Below, piece by piece: positions 47,299-56,928 of a stretch of 64,000 bases of DNA; position 1 is the first letter of the stretch; each line of letters opens with the position of its first letter. Below the pieces are notes generated by a model. That model searched no databases. It saw only the letters and a list, made by a program, of their open reading frames with translations, and had not been told where the DNA came from. Source of the DNA: a phage; the sequence record NC_101837.1. One strand, written 5' to 3'. The position numbers and the translations under genes were made by a program.

Positions 47299-47772
47299 TT
47301 AGATAATACCTGCAAGACCTGCGAGGCCAGTAAGAGCACCAGTGATGTTATCACGGTTGAGCCATGCATCCAGAATACCGATATCCCAGTCCAGCTGACC
47401 TACTTCGGTTCCGTAAGTCAGGTCAGGCTGTTTCTGGATCCAACCAATTGTGGAAATACCAGGACCCTGGCTACCTTCCAGCAGAACTGGGAAGAATACC
47501 AGACCAGTAATCGATGCCTGTTTCTGCCAGTCAGAAAGGTAAGCGTTCCATACAGAAGTGTTCTGCAAAGATACAGTCATAACACCAGATTGGTTACGAG
47601 ACAGGGCCGCAGACATTTCGCCATCCACACCAACGTGAGGGTAGATGTTGTCTTCGTTTCTTGAAACAACGATCTTGGTGTCAGCAGCGAAGCCAGTGAC
47701 ACGCTGCTGCATCAGGTACAGTTTGACCTTTTTAGGGTCATACGCATAAGGAGTTAAAATTTGAGTTTCCAT
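47299..47772 (-). CDS. tail tube protein
   Basis: 157 aa, between sheath-size gene and chaperones, followed by strong terminator. Confidence 0.45.
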   Translation of the reverse strand: METQILTPYAYDPKKVKLYLMQQRVTGFAADTKIVVSRNEDNIYPHVGVDGEMSAALSRNQSGVMTVSLQNTSVWNAYLSDWQKQASITGLVFFPVLLEGSQGPGISTIGWIQKQPDLTYGTEVGQLDWDIGILDAWLNRDNITGALTGLAGLAGII

Positions 47773-47782
47773 CTAGTCTTCC

Positions 47783-49159
47783 TTATTCAGTCATTGCAAC
47801 AGCATTGGTGGATTTAGAACCAACTTTGTCCAGAAGGACGTTGATCCGGATACGAACGAAGTGCAGGGCGTTGTTATACACCAGTTCTACTTTCACACCT
47901 TCCAGAACACGAGCAGCCAACTGATTGGTTGGGATTTCTGCACGTTTAGGAACTGTGATGATCGGGTCGTAGAATACATTATTGTCTTCGTCAAAACCTG
48001 TCAGGATCGCACCATTCTTAATGCCAGTATTGATCGGGTTGTTCATCAGAACAGACTTGATAACCGGAAGATCATCATCAGACATCTTCATGCTTAAACC
48101 CATGTTGGAGCGACGATGCATGTACCCAAACATAGATTCTTCAGATCTGAACTTGATCCAGTGTGCAAAACGAATAGCGTCTGCATACTGACCTGAAGCA
48201 CACTTACCTTCCCAGAAAGCGCCAACACCGTTAATCATTCTGTAGAAGTTAACGTGGTTTTCCCAAATAGCCATACGCTGAGTTAAAGTCAGAGACGGTG
48301 CAATCACACCTGGCATCTGTTTTAAGTGCAAGCTGTCGCCGTAAGACGGATCGTTGGATGCCATAGCACCTATGATACCACCCTCCGGGAAGTCCTTATC
48401 TGCACGAGGATCGTACATGCCGACACTGTCATATTGTGCAGCTTTCAGTTTGGTGGCGATGTTATTATCTTTACCAGTCACATCTTCTGCAGTAGAGTAG
48501 ACATGCAGCTTGTAGTTAGCCTGAGCCCACTTAGCACATGCTTCAATGTCGGTGTGGTCTTCATGGCACAGGAAGTACCAATTGTCACGCTCAGCATTGA
48601 TCTTATCAACTACTGTAGAAGGTTTTTCAGCATTGGCGATATTTTTGATTGTATAGTTACCAGTATGGTAACCAACAGTACAGTCACCAGTGATGGTGAT
48701 AACACCATCAGCAGCCTCTACAGTGATATCGTCCAAGTTATCATCTGCTTCGATTTTAGTCTTCATTGACTCTGCAATCTGAGTTGCAGCTGTTCCACCA
48801 GAGATAGGGACTATCAAAGAGGTATTGTAGCTACCTTTTGCAATAGTCATTACGACATCGGTATCAGCTGCGGCAGCAATACCTTTAAAATCTACAGTGG
48901 TCTTTTCTTTGGCCTGTCTGCCGATCATAACGTATTGTGGAGGGAATACACCACCAAAAGCTTTTGCTGCAAACTCATACGCTGCAGAGCCTTGTGCGAA
49001 ACCATCTTCCACCATCTGATCCAGCTCTGCATATACGCGAGCTCGCTCAGTAAAGTTGTTGTGGATAGCGATGAACAGGGGAGTTTCGAAACCTACAGTG
49101 TCAATAGGCTGGGTTCCGAGGTTAACTGTAACATCTACCACTTTATCTAAATATGGCAT
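47783..49159 (-). CDS. tail sheath protein
   Basis: 458 aa, directly upstream of tube gene; AAGAGGAAACA before ATG; gene order sheath-tube-chaperone-tape measure. Confidence 0.45.
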   Translation of the reverse strand: MPYLDKVVDVTVNLGTQPIDTVGFETPLFIAIHNNFTERARVYAELDQMVEDGFAQGSAAYEFAAKAFGGVFPPQYVMIGRQAKEKTTVDFKGIAAAADTDVVMTIAKGSYNTSLIVPISGGTAATQIAESMKTKIEADDNLDDITVEAADGVITITGDCTVGYHTGNYTIKNIANAEKPSTVVDKINAERDNWYFLCHEDHTDIEACAKWAQANYKLHVYSTAEDVTGKDNNIATKLKAAQYDSVGMYDPRADKDFPEGGIIGAMASNDPSYGDSLHLKQMPGVIAPSLTLTQRMAIWENHVNFYRMINGVGAFWEGKCASGQYADAIRFAHWIKFRSEESMFGYMHRRSNMGLSMKMSDDDLPVIKSVLMNNPINTGIKNGAILTGFDEDNNVFYDPIITVPKRAEIPTNQLAARVLEGVKVELVYNNALHFVRIRINVLLDKVGSKSTNAVAMTE

Positions 49160-49231
49160 TTGTTTCCTCTTAATATCTGTGCACGGATATCAAACACGCA
49201 GTGTAATCATTACACTACACAATTATAACGA

Positions 49232-49783
49232 TTACTGACCACTGTCTGTAACCGCTTTACCAGAATTGGGTGAAGGGAAGTGTGTGGTTATTTCAGCCTT
49301 AATTCCCTGAAGATCCTCAAAAGCCCCAATGTCTGTTTCAACAAACCTTACGTTAAATGTCAGCATCACAGTGGCTCTATTTTCATACGTCTGCTTATTC
49401 AACGGCACTCTTTGAGGTGAGATTGTTGAATTGTTAGAGTAGGCAAAGCACGATCCCAGAGGGAAATACTTGTCATAAAACATTGGAAGGTTTATTGCTT
49501 GCAATACTCTGCTAAGTGCAGCATATGCCCTGCCACGATAAGCTGTTAACAGATAAGTAACAGTGTAGCTGTGGGTGACGTAAGCATTACCCTCCGCATC
49601 TTGAAACTCATTATCTTCCCAAGTGGTGGGATTGATCGCCAAGGTTTGTAAAAGCACAAACTCACCTTCCGGCTTCGGTATGGTAGAGCTTTCTGCCAGA
49701 ACTACAGTTCTTCCTGTGGCAACCTTGACAAGCTTAGCAATGGTTGTTTCAAGATCAGAAAAAACTTTTTCGAAAGCTTCCAT
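49232..49783 (-). CDS. neck/tail completion protein
   Basis: 183-aa ORF between head and tail modules. Confidence 0.3.
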   Translation of the reverse strand: MEAFEKVFSDLETTIAKLVKVATGRTVVLAESSTIPKPEGEFVLLQTLAINPTTWEDNEFQDAEGNAYVTHSYTVTYLLTAYRGRAYAALSRVLQAINLPMFYDKYFPLGSCFAYSNNSTISPQRVPLNKQTYENRATVMLTFNVRFVETDIGAFEDLQGIKAEITTHFPSPNSGKAVTDSGQ

Positions 49784-50208
49784 CAGTCTTCTCCTTCAGG
49801 CTCTTCTACCACAAAAAATCTATATCTCCCACCACCAGAGGTAACATATGCATCGCATTTTAAAACGGTAAACCATTTCAAGTCACCACGGATGTCAGGC
49901 AGCTGAATTTGATCAGCCATTGCATATGTTCCTTCATCTGGACTATACAACTTGGTTGAGGAGTAGACTGTAAAAGCCTCGTACTGTCTGTCACCTTCTG
50001 GATTTATTTGAGAGGAGTAATCTTTAGCTGCCCTTCCTGTCAACGGCTGCACAACACACTCTAAGACATCAAACTCTTCATACTCAAGTTCTAACCCCTC
50101 GTTAGCAAAAGGACCACCAACTGTTTTGTTATACACTCTGTGGCGACCTTTGAATGTTTTACGGGGTATTAGCCTGTTCTTTCCTATCAGCTTATAACCT
50201 GCTGCCAC
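49783..50208 (-). CDS. neck/head-tail joining protein
   Basis: 141-aa ORF. Confidence 0.3.
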   Translation of the reverse strand: MAAGYKLIGKNRLIPRKTFKGRHRVYNKTVGGPFANEGLELEYEEFDVLECVVQPLTGRAAKDYSSQINPEGDRQYEAFTVYSSTKLYSPDEGTYAMADQIQLPDIRGDLKWFTVLKCDAYVTSGGGRYRFFVVEEPEGED

Positions 50209-50217
50209 TCAACCCCC

Positions 50218-50694
50218 TTATTTTTGCTGTCCAATTTTAAAGGTTGCAGATTCCAGCAGCACATCGTAATGCCGCATAGCCTCGTTGAAGCCCTTCTCTT
50301 GTGCCCACTGCTCACTAACAGTAGGGTTACTAAACTGACCAGCCTCAATAACAAACTGGATAGCTTTGGCCCCTGTGTCCCCCATCTGCTTAAGAATAGC
50401 CTCTGCACTTGATCCTCTAGCCATAGCTCTCAACAATTTTTCTGTCAAGGTCTGTAGTTGAGTGCTGTGAAATGCAAAAGCTGTCTCCATGAAATTGCGA
50501 ACAGGCAGCCCGTTCCAACCGAAGTTGTGAATGGCTGCCAATGTTGCCATATTTAAGCCTGACGGGTGAGGTTCGTCATAAAAGCCGTAGGTTATTGTTT
50601 TACTTTCAAGTCTCACAAGTTCTTTGTAGAAGCGATCTAAACGCTTTAGGTTGAACCTTGTTTGACATTTAACCTTTAGCATTATATCCCTCAC
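50218..50694 (-). CDS. neck/head completion protein
   Basis: 158-aa ORF. Confidence 0.3.
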   Translation of the reverse strand: MRDIMLKVKCQTRFNLKRLDRFYKELVRLESKTITYGFYDEPHPSGLNMATLAAIHNFGWNGLPVRNFMETAFAFHSTQLQTLTEKLLRAMARGSSAEAILKQMGDTGAKAIQFVIEAGQFSNPTVSEQWAQEKGFNEAMRHYDVLLESATFKIGQQK

Positions 50695-50735
50695 TAATGT
50701 ATTTTACCACAAAGATACATCAAAAGCAACAATTT

Positions 50736-51413
50736 TTAAAAACTGCGTTTGCGTCTTGGGTGGCGAGGAGGTTGGTTATTTAGACCGCTGATAGGTGTAA
50801 TCCCCTGGACATCGAACGGTCCGTTGCTGTTTTCATTAAATTTAACCCGAATTCCTTCGTCTACACGAACACCACCAATGATAATCATTCTGCTGTAAGC
50901 ATCTAGCTCAGAATCTACATAGTCTGGGTGTGCCAGCAGCCAATCAAGGAAATCCTTCCATTGGGCGTAGGAAGATCCACCACGAATCTCTATGGTCTCA
51001 TCACCTATTTTTTCCAGACGGGAAGTTATACTTGCATTACCGCTGGACACTTCCTGCATCATCAGCCACCGCACAAGCTGCACAAGCACATTGTACTTAA
51101 GTAGAGGTAGCTTATCAGGATCTGCCGGATAATTTAGTTTCAACTTCTCCATGTCAAGGAATGTTTTAATTACCTCATCAGGGAGGGTTTCCTCATCAAC
51201 ATTGCCAAGCAACAACCTCATAATATTAATAAGAGGTTGGTCTGGATCAGGTTCCGGAGGTACAGGATCTTCTTTTGGTGGTTCTTCTGGGGTATCGACT
51301 ACACCATCATGGTTAGGCGGTGACGGGATAATCTCTTCATCTTCATACCATGCCATTTGAAAATACCTCGTAAAAATAAAGCCCCATTCCTGATTTGGAA
51401 GGGGCCTTAACAA
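50736..51413 (-). CDS. structural protein with Pro/Glu-rich N-terminal linker
   Basis: 225-aa ORF. Confidence 0.3.
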   Translation of the reverse strand: MLRPLPNQEWGFIFTRYFQMAWYEDEEIIPSPPNHDGVVDTPEEPPKEDPVPPEPDPDQPLINIMRLLLGNVDEETLPDEVIKTFLDMEKLKLNYPADPDKLPLLKYNVLVQLVRWLMMQEVSSGNASITSRLEKIGDETIEIRGGSSYAQWKDFLDWLLAHPDYVDSELDAYSRMIIIGGVRVDEGIRVKFNENSNGPFDVQGITPISGLNNQPPRHPRRKRSF

Positions 51414-51415
51414 AA

Positions 51416-52261
51416 TTATGCCAGTGCAGCCTCAAAATCTTTCATCATATTTTGGAAAGTTTTTGCCTTACTTAAGATAACACCGTGCTCTTTGGCGAAG
51501 GTTTGGAGTGCATCTTTTGAACCACTTTTGTCATCTTCGTTGTTAAGAGCTGCGGCCTGCTGCAGTATGGCATCAACATCACTGCGAGAAGATCTTGATT
51601 CTTGTGCCTGTTCAGGATCCTGCTCAGTGCCTCCCGGTGCAGCCGGATCTGGGGATTCTTCACCGCCACCACCTGGTTCAGTAGGACCTACAGGTGGCTC
51701 CGGCTCTGGTTCAGGCAGTGGAGCTACCGTAGAAACCAGCCCAAGATTTACAACCTGAGAACGTTTCTTAGGCCACTCGATGGTGAAAGTTTGGGTATCT
51801 TCTTCATAAACAATGTTGCATTGCTCATCGTTTATGGTCACTTTTTTAGGCATACCTTCAGGGTCCCACAGATGGCCCTCTGCCACGGAAACTTTGAAAG
51901 CAGCATCTACCTCTTTAAACACTGACGGAGTGAGTGTAATATTGACATCCCCGCTTTGCAGTGTTAAAGTGCTTTCATCAAGGTTCTCTGTGAAGAACAG
52001 AAGAATAACACCCATACGGATAGTTGAAATACCAGTATCAATTGGCAGGCCTGTGTGTTTTGCAATCTTCTCGAAGAAGTCTACAATCGTTCTGCATGGA
52101 TAGTGAACACTGCCAATAACGAACTCTGTTGGTGGCAGCAGGGCTGATAAACCAACATTGATTTCTGGATTATATTGTGCTAAAAATTGATAAAAACTTA
52201 ACTGATTGTTGAAAACTCTTAATAGAGGATCATACTCAACTGGATATACGGCTCTCTTCAC
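51416..52261 (-). CDS. structural protein with Pro/Gly-rich linker
   Basis: 281 aa; PEPEPEPPVGPTEPGGGGEESPDPAAPGG segment. Confidence 0.3.
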   Translation of the reverse strand: MKRAVYPVEYDPLLRVFNNQLSFYQFLAQYNPEINVGLSALLPPTEFVIGSVHYPCRTIVDFFEKIAKHTGLPIDTGISTIRMGVILLFFTENLDESTLTLQSGDVNITLTPSVFKEVDAAFKVSVAEGHLWDPEGMPKKVTINDEQCNIVYEEDTQTFTIEWPKKRSQVVNLGLVSTVAPLPEPEPEPPVGPTEPGGGGEESPDPAAPGGTEQDPEQAQESRSSRSDVDAILQQAAALNNEDDKSGSKDALQTFAKEHGVILSKAKTFQNMMKDFEAALA

Positions 52262-52280
52262 GGGACACTCCTGTTAAACC

Positions 52281-52317
52281 CTAATAAATAAAAAGGGGAG
52301 GGGAGAACCCCCTCCCC
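52281..52317 (-). terminator. strong rho-independent terminator after putative capsid gene
   Basis: 9-bp GC stem GGGGAGGGG/CCCCUCCCC 52295-52317 then UUUUUAUUUAUU. Confidence 0.55.
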
Positions 52318-52341
52318 ATATGGGATGAATCACCTTAGTGA

Positions 52342-53349
52342 TTATTCACCTTTCAGAGTTGCTTTAACAACCAGCTCTGGACGGGTGTTAACTGCCAGCA
52401 TGGAAGTTTCAGATTCAATCTTCTCTTCACGCAGGTATGCAGAGTGTTTATACCACATGTACAGTTCCTGTGCTGGAGTGTTTGCTTCGTTAACATCGTC
52501 TGCCGGAGCAAAGTGCAGCTGGAACATCTGATCAATACCCATCGGCAGAATGCGAGCTTCTTTCTTAGGAATATTGCCAGAGATATCTTCGATAAAGGTG
52601 ATACCTTTATGCTCAAACACACGGTATACGCTGTCTTGACCGCCAGCACCCAGACGGCGACGCAGAGGTTCCTGAGCAGAGCCGTAATAGGTGTATGCCA
52701 GTTCTACCAGCGGGTGATGAGTAACAGCACTGAAGAACTCCGGTGAGCACAGAGCTACAATGCGATAGCCAGCTGCGTTATCACCAGCTTGCAGTGCGAT
52801 GTGCAGACGAGCTTCTTCCAGAACCTCCATAGGATCCTGATCTGCTTTTGCAGGGTCGATCTCAACAGACTTCTGAGACACACCCCACAGAGTGTAGTAA
52901 TCATACTGACAGGTGGTGTCACCAGGTGCATAGGATTTACCCAGAATAGCCTGGAACAGCGCTTTCTCACGCAGTGCTTCATGAGAAACACGGATACGGC
53001 GAACAACGCGGGTTACTACGTCCTGAACAGTTTTCGGAGCATCAGGAGTGAAGTAACGACGGAAGTTCTGAACATCTGCGGCAGTGATGCCTTTGTCCAG
53101 AGGGAAGAACGGGATGTTCAGGTTTTTAACCTGAGCACGTTCACTACCAACGTAGTTACGCTCACCACCACGACGGCGTGCCGGAATGTCGGTTACAACT
53201 TCATCAACACGCTCAATCTGAGCAATTGTTGAGGTGCCGAGACGGGTTTCGAACAGATCCATACCAGTAATCAGGCGGAATTGACGTGGAACAAGGTCCA
53301 GAGTAGCACCTAAATCAACAATGCCAAATTCATCTTTACGAGTAATCAT
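52342..53349 (-). CDS. major capsid protein (putative)
   Basis: 335 aa; after scaffold-like gene, followed by strongest terminator in window. Confidence 0.45.
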   Translation of the reverse strand: MITRKDEFGIVDLGATLDLVPRQFRLITGMDLFETRLGTSTIAQIERVDEVVTDIPARRRGGERNYVGSERAQVKNLNIPFFPLDKGITAADVQNFRRYFTPDAPKTVQDVVTRVVRRIRVSHEALREKALFQAILGKSYAPGDTTCQYDYYTLWGVSQKSVEIDPAKADQDPMEVLEEARLHIALQAGDNAAGYRIVALCSPEFFSAVTHHPLVELAYTYYGSAQEPLRRRLGAGGQDSVYRVFEHKGITFIEDISGNIPKKEARILPMGIDQMFQLHFAPADDVNEANTPAQELYMWYKHSAYLREEKIESETSMLAVNTRPELVVKATLKGE

Positions 53350-53397
53350 TTATTTCTCCAAAGTAAAACTTAAATATTTTCCCGAACAATTTAGGAC

Positions 53398-53787
53398 TTA
53401 CTCTTCACCAAGAGTCTGGACGTGAACTTTGTTACCCAGAGCTTCCAGCTTTTCAAGAACAGCCTGCTTAGCTGCTTCACCGTTAGACCCCAGCAGCTTA
53501 TCTTTTGCAAAGGTAACACCGTGAACTGCAACAACCAGTTTATATTTCTGACCTGTTTGCAGAGGCTCAGCAAGATGAACTTTTCCTGCATCTTTTACCA
53601 AAGCTCGGTCTACAAGAACACCATAAACGTCTGAGCCATCATCGTTAGCGATAGTGCCAGTTTTTGTTACAACAGTACCCGCATGGTGGTGCTCTGTCAG
53701 TGTAATTTCCATCTCTTTAAAATTGTAGCCAGCATCGCTAGAATCAACTTTGCCGAGCACGATATCAGAATATTGAGCGGTAATCAT
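53398..53787 (-). CDS. head-associated protein (possible decoration)
   Basis: 129-aa ORF between scaffold-like and capsid genes. Confidence 0.3.
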   Translation of the reverse strand: MITAQYSDIVLGKVDSSDAGYNFKEMEITLTEHHHAGTVVTKTGTIANDDGSDVYGVLVDRALVKDAGKVHLAEPLQTGQKYKLVVAVHGVTFAKDKLLGSNGEAAKQAVLEKLEALGNKVHVQTLGEE

Positions 53788-53807
53788 TTATTTCCCCCGT
53801 TAATGTC

Positions 53808-54785
53808 TTATTTGTTAGATTCTGCACGTGCACGAGCAAGTGCTTTTGCAACGTTTTCAGCAAGAATTTCTTCTGCGGATTTCGCAATATCATCCACAAC
53901 AGGTTCGCCATCATTACCATGTTCAGTGGTGGCAAACTCTTCTTTAGTTTTATGCACCTCTGCTTCCAGCTCTTCAATTTTTGCTTGAGCTTTCTCCAGC
54001 ATAGCTACGATAGGTTCGTTAGCTTTTTCCAGCATGAAGTTAACCAGGGTTGCGTGATCTTCTTCACCAACAAAGCTTAAAGCTTGAGCCTTAGTCAGCA
54101 TTTTAGCTTTTTCAACTTCAACCTGGGCCTTGATGATTTCTTCAGCTTTACTCTGGGTTGCTTTCAGCTCTTCTACTTGCTTCAGCAGATCCAGATACTC
54201 TTTAGTTTTGGTTACGTCCACCGGATTCTCCTCGGTATTTGCGGATTTTGCAACATCATCCACCTCGGTAGTTTTATCCACCTCAGCAGGTTCCTGTACC
54301 GCCTTGATCAGGTTCCCTTCTTTATCGAAGAGATCAGCGGTTACTTGTTCAAAAATCTGTTGTGTTTTTAACAGGCTGTATTGATCTACCACACTAAGCT
54401 GCTTGCCTTCTTTTGCAGCTTTATGAATGGTCACGTTATCACAACGCTCTTCCAGCCATGCAATACAAGACTCTGCGTCAGCTTGCGCCCATTCCCAATC
54501 AGGATGCTCTTTAGCCCAAGCCTCCTCTTCAATCTCAAAACCAAGCATGTGTGCAAGTGCTTTAGCATCATCATACCACATATCGAAGAAACGACGCAGG
54601 TATTCTTCAAAACTAAGCTCCACAGTAACTTGGCGAAGTGCCTTAACAATGTCGTCTGTTAACTGCTCAGGCTTAAGATCACTCTTCATTAAAAGAGATA
54701 CAGGTCTGTTGTTAGCGCTATAGCCTTGCGCCTTATGGCACAGGGCAATCCCCTTCTCTTTAATAGTAATCGTTTTTTCAGACAT
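53808..54785 (-). CDS. scaffolding-like protein
   Basis: 325 aa, acidic with long Glu/Lys/Ala-rich helical stretch. Confidence 0.4.
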   Translation of the reverse strand: MSEKTITIKEKGIALCHKAQGYSANNRPVSLLMKSDLKPEQLTDDIVKALRQVTVELSFEEYLRRFFDMWYDDAKALAHMLGFEIEEEAWAKEHPDWEWAQADAESCIAWLEERCDNVTIHKAAKEGKQLSVVDQYSLLKTQQIFEQVTADLFDKEGNLIKAVQEPAEVDKTTEVDDVAKSANTEENPVDVTKTKEYLDLLKQVEELKATQSKAEEIIKAQVEVEKAKMLTKAQALSFVGEEDHATLVNFMLEKANEPIVAMLEKAQAKIEELEAEVHKTKEEFATTEHGNDGEPVVDDIAKSAEEILAENVAKALARARAESNK

Positions 54786-55216
54786 TATTCATTGCCCTCT
54801 TCTACAACACTGATCCCGAAGTTTACGTTGGTAATTTCACCAGTTTCTTCATCAACATTACCTGTTGCCTGAATGCTTAGGCCACCAACAATGCCAGCCT
54901 TCTTAGCTTCCCATAGTTCAGGATTATTGTATTTAACTTTAGCAACCCAAGAGCCAGCCTTGATGACCTGCTCAGTGCCAATTACTACAACATCAAACTC
55001 TTCTTGAATCCACGTCTTTTCAATAGTGAAAGCATCTGTAGAGGTCAAGTGAAAAAGGTTTTCAGAAACTAGGCCTGCGGCGTATGCTGCGTCCCAGTTA
55101 TCTTTAGCCTTTTTGATGGTGTCTTTACTCATCCACTCACCGTGAGCATCTTTAGTGTCAGGCTCGTAGATGATTTCGTAGGAAATCATTTCTTCCTGTG
55201 GCATCTTATTCCCCAT
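54785..55216 (-). CDS. head morphogenesis protein (possible prohead protease)
   Basis: ORF track 54785..55360 overlaps portal 3-prime end by ~89 nt; first ATG after portal stop is 55216. Confidence 0.3.
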   Translation of the reverse strand: MGNKMPQEEMISYEIIYEPDTKDAHGEWMSKDTIKKAKDNWDAAYAAGLVSENLFHLTSTDAFTIEKTWIQEEFDVVVIGTEQVIKAGSWVAKVKYNNPELWEAKKAGIVGGLSIQATGNVDEETGEITNVNFGISVVEEGNE

Positions 55217-55271
55217 GTGGATTATTTTATCACGCCAAAGGAGGTTTTGCAACCCCCTGTGTTGATAATTT

Positions 55272-56828
55272 TTAATTTTCCATGTTGGATATGGAATTAT
55301 CTCTGGTTGATGACATCTTAGAAGTGCCGTTACCAGTGGATCCTGCAGCCATTCCATCACCAGCCCTACTGATGTCCTGGCCCAAGAGCTTCATCAGCTC
55401 TTCCTGATCCATGTCCTCGTCAAATCTTTCATCAAACCCGCCTACTTCAAGAATCTTATTAATTACTGCAGGAGTTTTTGGCAAGTAACCTACAGCACCG
55501 ATCCTCTGGACAAATTTGGAGAAGCTCTCCATGTCCACCTCTTCAATCAGACCAGGTTTCAGTTTAGGCATATCATCATCTTCAAGGATGATACCATTCA
55601 ATGCCAGAAGCTGTGGAATAAGATCCTTATTGAAGGCTTCAGTGATAATATCTATATCACGCTGAACAAAATGACCATGGATAGACTGTTTTGACTCAGA
55701 CAGAGAGAAGGATCCAACGTTATCGTTACCGAGGTTAATAAAGCCAGCACCGAAACGGTCAAGAATCGCCTTCTTACGGGCATCAATCAAATCTTTAGTC
55801 GAATACTGCTTACCCATACCATCAACCCCCTTCAGGGTCATGGAGTAAAGCTCTTTACCAGACTTATCTCTATCAGACGGAAGTATAAAGAAACTTTGCT
55901 CACCACTATGGGCGTTTGCTGCGTCAAGCATAAGGTCTGCAACCATTCTCCCTTCCATTGAATTCGGGTCAATGCTGGCCTTGTTCAAAATATTGGAAGG
56001 AATTTTCAGCTCAAGCACGCCACCAAGGTCTTTGGAACAGCCAACAACCTCAAGGTTTTCAATCAGAACTTTCTCACGGAAAGATCTGTAGCAACCTATC
56101 ATCGGTGACACACCTGCAGGGTTAGATTCTGTTCCTGACAGGGTCATGAGCATAAGCTTTTTAGCAGGGATGAAAATTTCAGGCTCATTAAAGCCTTTTG
56201 AAGGCATTGCAGCAAGAGGTCCAGCCCAGCGTGCATTCTGAGTGTTTAGAAATGCATTAGGTGACTGATAAATACCTGTCAGTGTTCTACTATTCTTGTC
56301 AAAAACAAACGGCTCTGATCTGGACAGGCTGGCCTGAGGTCGGAATGCAATTTTATCAATAAGAAGCATCCCGGCATATTTACCTTCTTTCTCTCTGCGG
56401 TATACTTTCTCAAACAGTGAAAAACCATACTCGTTAAAGGTAGCTGCGCTTCTTGCAATATCTCGAAGAGTTTGTTGGTTTGCCAAATTACGCAAAGAAT
56501 ACTCTATAAGCTCGGCAGCTTTCTTAGAGTCTTCACTTTTAACATTATAAAGGATCTTAAAATCATTGAATGCTTTCGTGATGAAAACATATTTTGTATC
56601 TAAGGCAGTAGCAACTGTGGAATCACATTTCATAGTCTCCACTGTGGCAATCAGCTGAGGCCAACGCAATTCCTCAACCATCATAGATTGCGATTCTGCC
56701 ATAATTTGGGAAAGTGCGCCAGAACCGATCTCACTCATACGAACATTATGAGTTGGTGCGCCTGCGTTCCCAGATTTATTCACAGTTTTGGCTGTGGCGT
56801 TGTGTTTCCTGCGGTTCTTTTTGGACAC
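55272..56828 (-). CDS. portal protein (putative)
   Basis: 518 aa, immediately downstream of terminase large subunit; GAGGGG before ATG. Confidence 0.5.
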   Translation of the reverse strand: MSKKNRRKHNATAKTVNKSGNAGAPTHNVRMSEIGSGALSQIMAESQSMMVEELRWPQLIATVETMKCDSTVATALDTKYVFITKAFNDFKILYNVKSEDSKKAAELIEYSLRNLANQQTLRDIARSAATFNEYGFSLFEKVYRREKEGKYAGMLLIDKIAFRPQASLSRSEPFVFDKNSRTLTGIYQSPNAFLNTQNARWAGPLAAMPSKGFNEPEIFIPAKKLMLMTLSGTESNPAGVSPMIGCYRSFREKVLIENLEVVGCSKDLGGVLELKIPSNILNKASIDPNSMEGRMVADLMLDAANAHSGEQSFFILPSDRDKSGKELYSMTLKGVDGMGKQYSTKDLIDARKKAILDRFGAGFINLGNDNVGSFSLSESKQSIHGHFVQRDIDIITEAFNKDLIPQLLALNGIILEDDDMPKLKPGLIEEVDMESFSKFVQRIGAVGYLPKTPAVINKILEVGGFDERFDEDMDQEELMKLLGQDISRAGDGMAAGSTGNGTSKMSSTRDNSISNMEN

Positions 56829-56840
56829 AAGCTTTACCCC

Positions 56841-56878
56841 TCAAAACAGTATAACAAAATAGCCCTCGTCAGAGGGCT
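56841..56878 (-). terminator. terminator-like hairpin between terminase and portal genes
   Basis: stem AGCCCUC/GAGGGCU 56861-56878 then AUUUUGUUAUACUGUUUUG. Confidence 0.35.
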
Positions 56879-56928
56879 AGTATCTCCAATTACTTTATTG
56901 TACCACATCTAATTAAGATTGGCAACAC

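Noticed and set aside
47783-49159. Alternative reading of the 458-aa protein as a siphovirus major tail protein
   Set aside because: It is followed by a separate 157-aa tube-size gene before the chaperone pair, and baseplate V/W/J-like genes are present; sheath-tube order fits a contractile tail better
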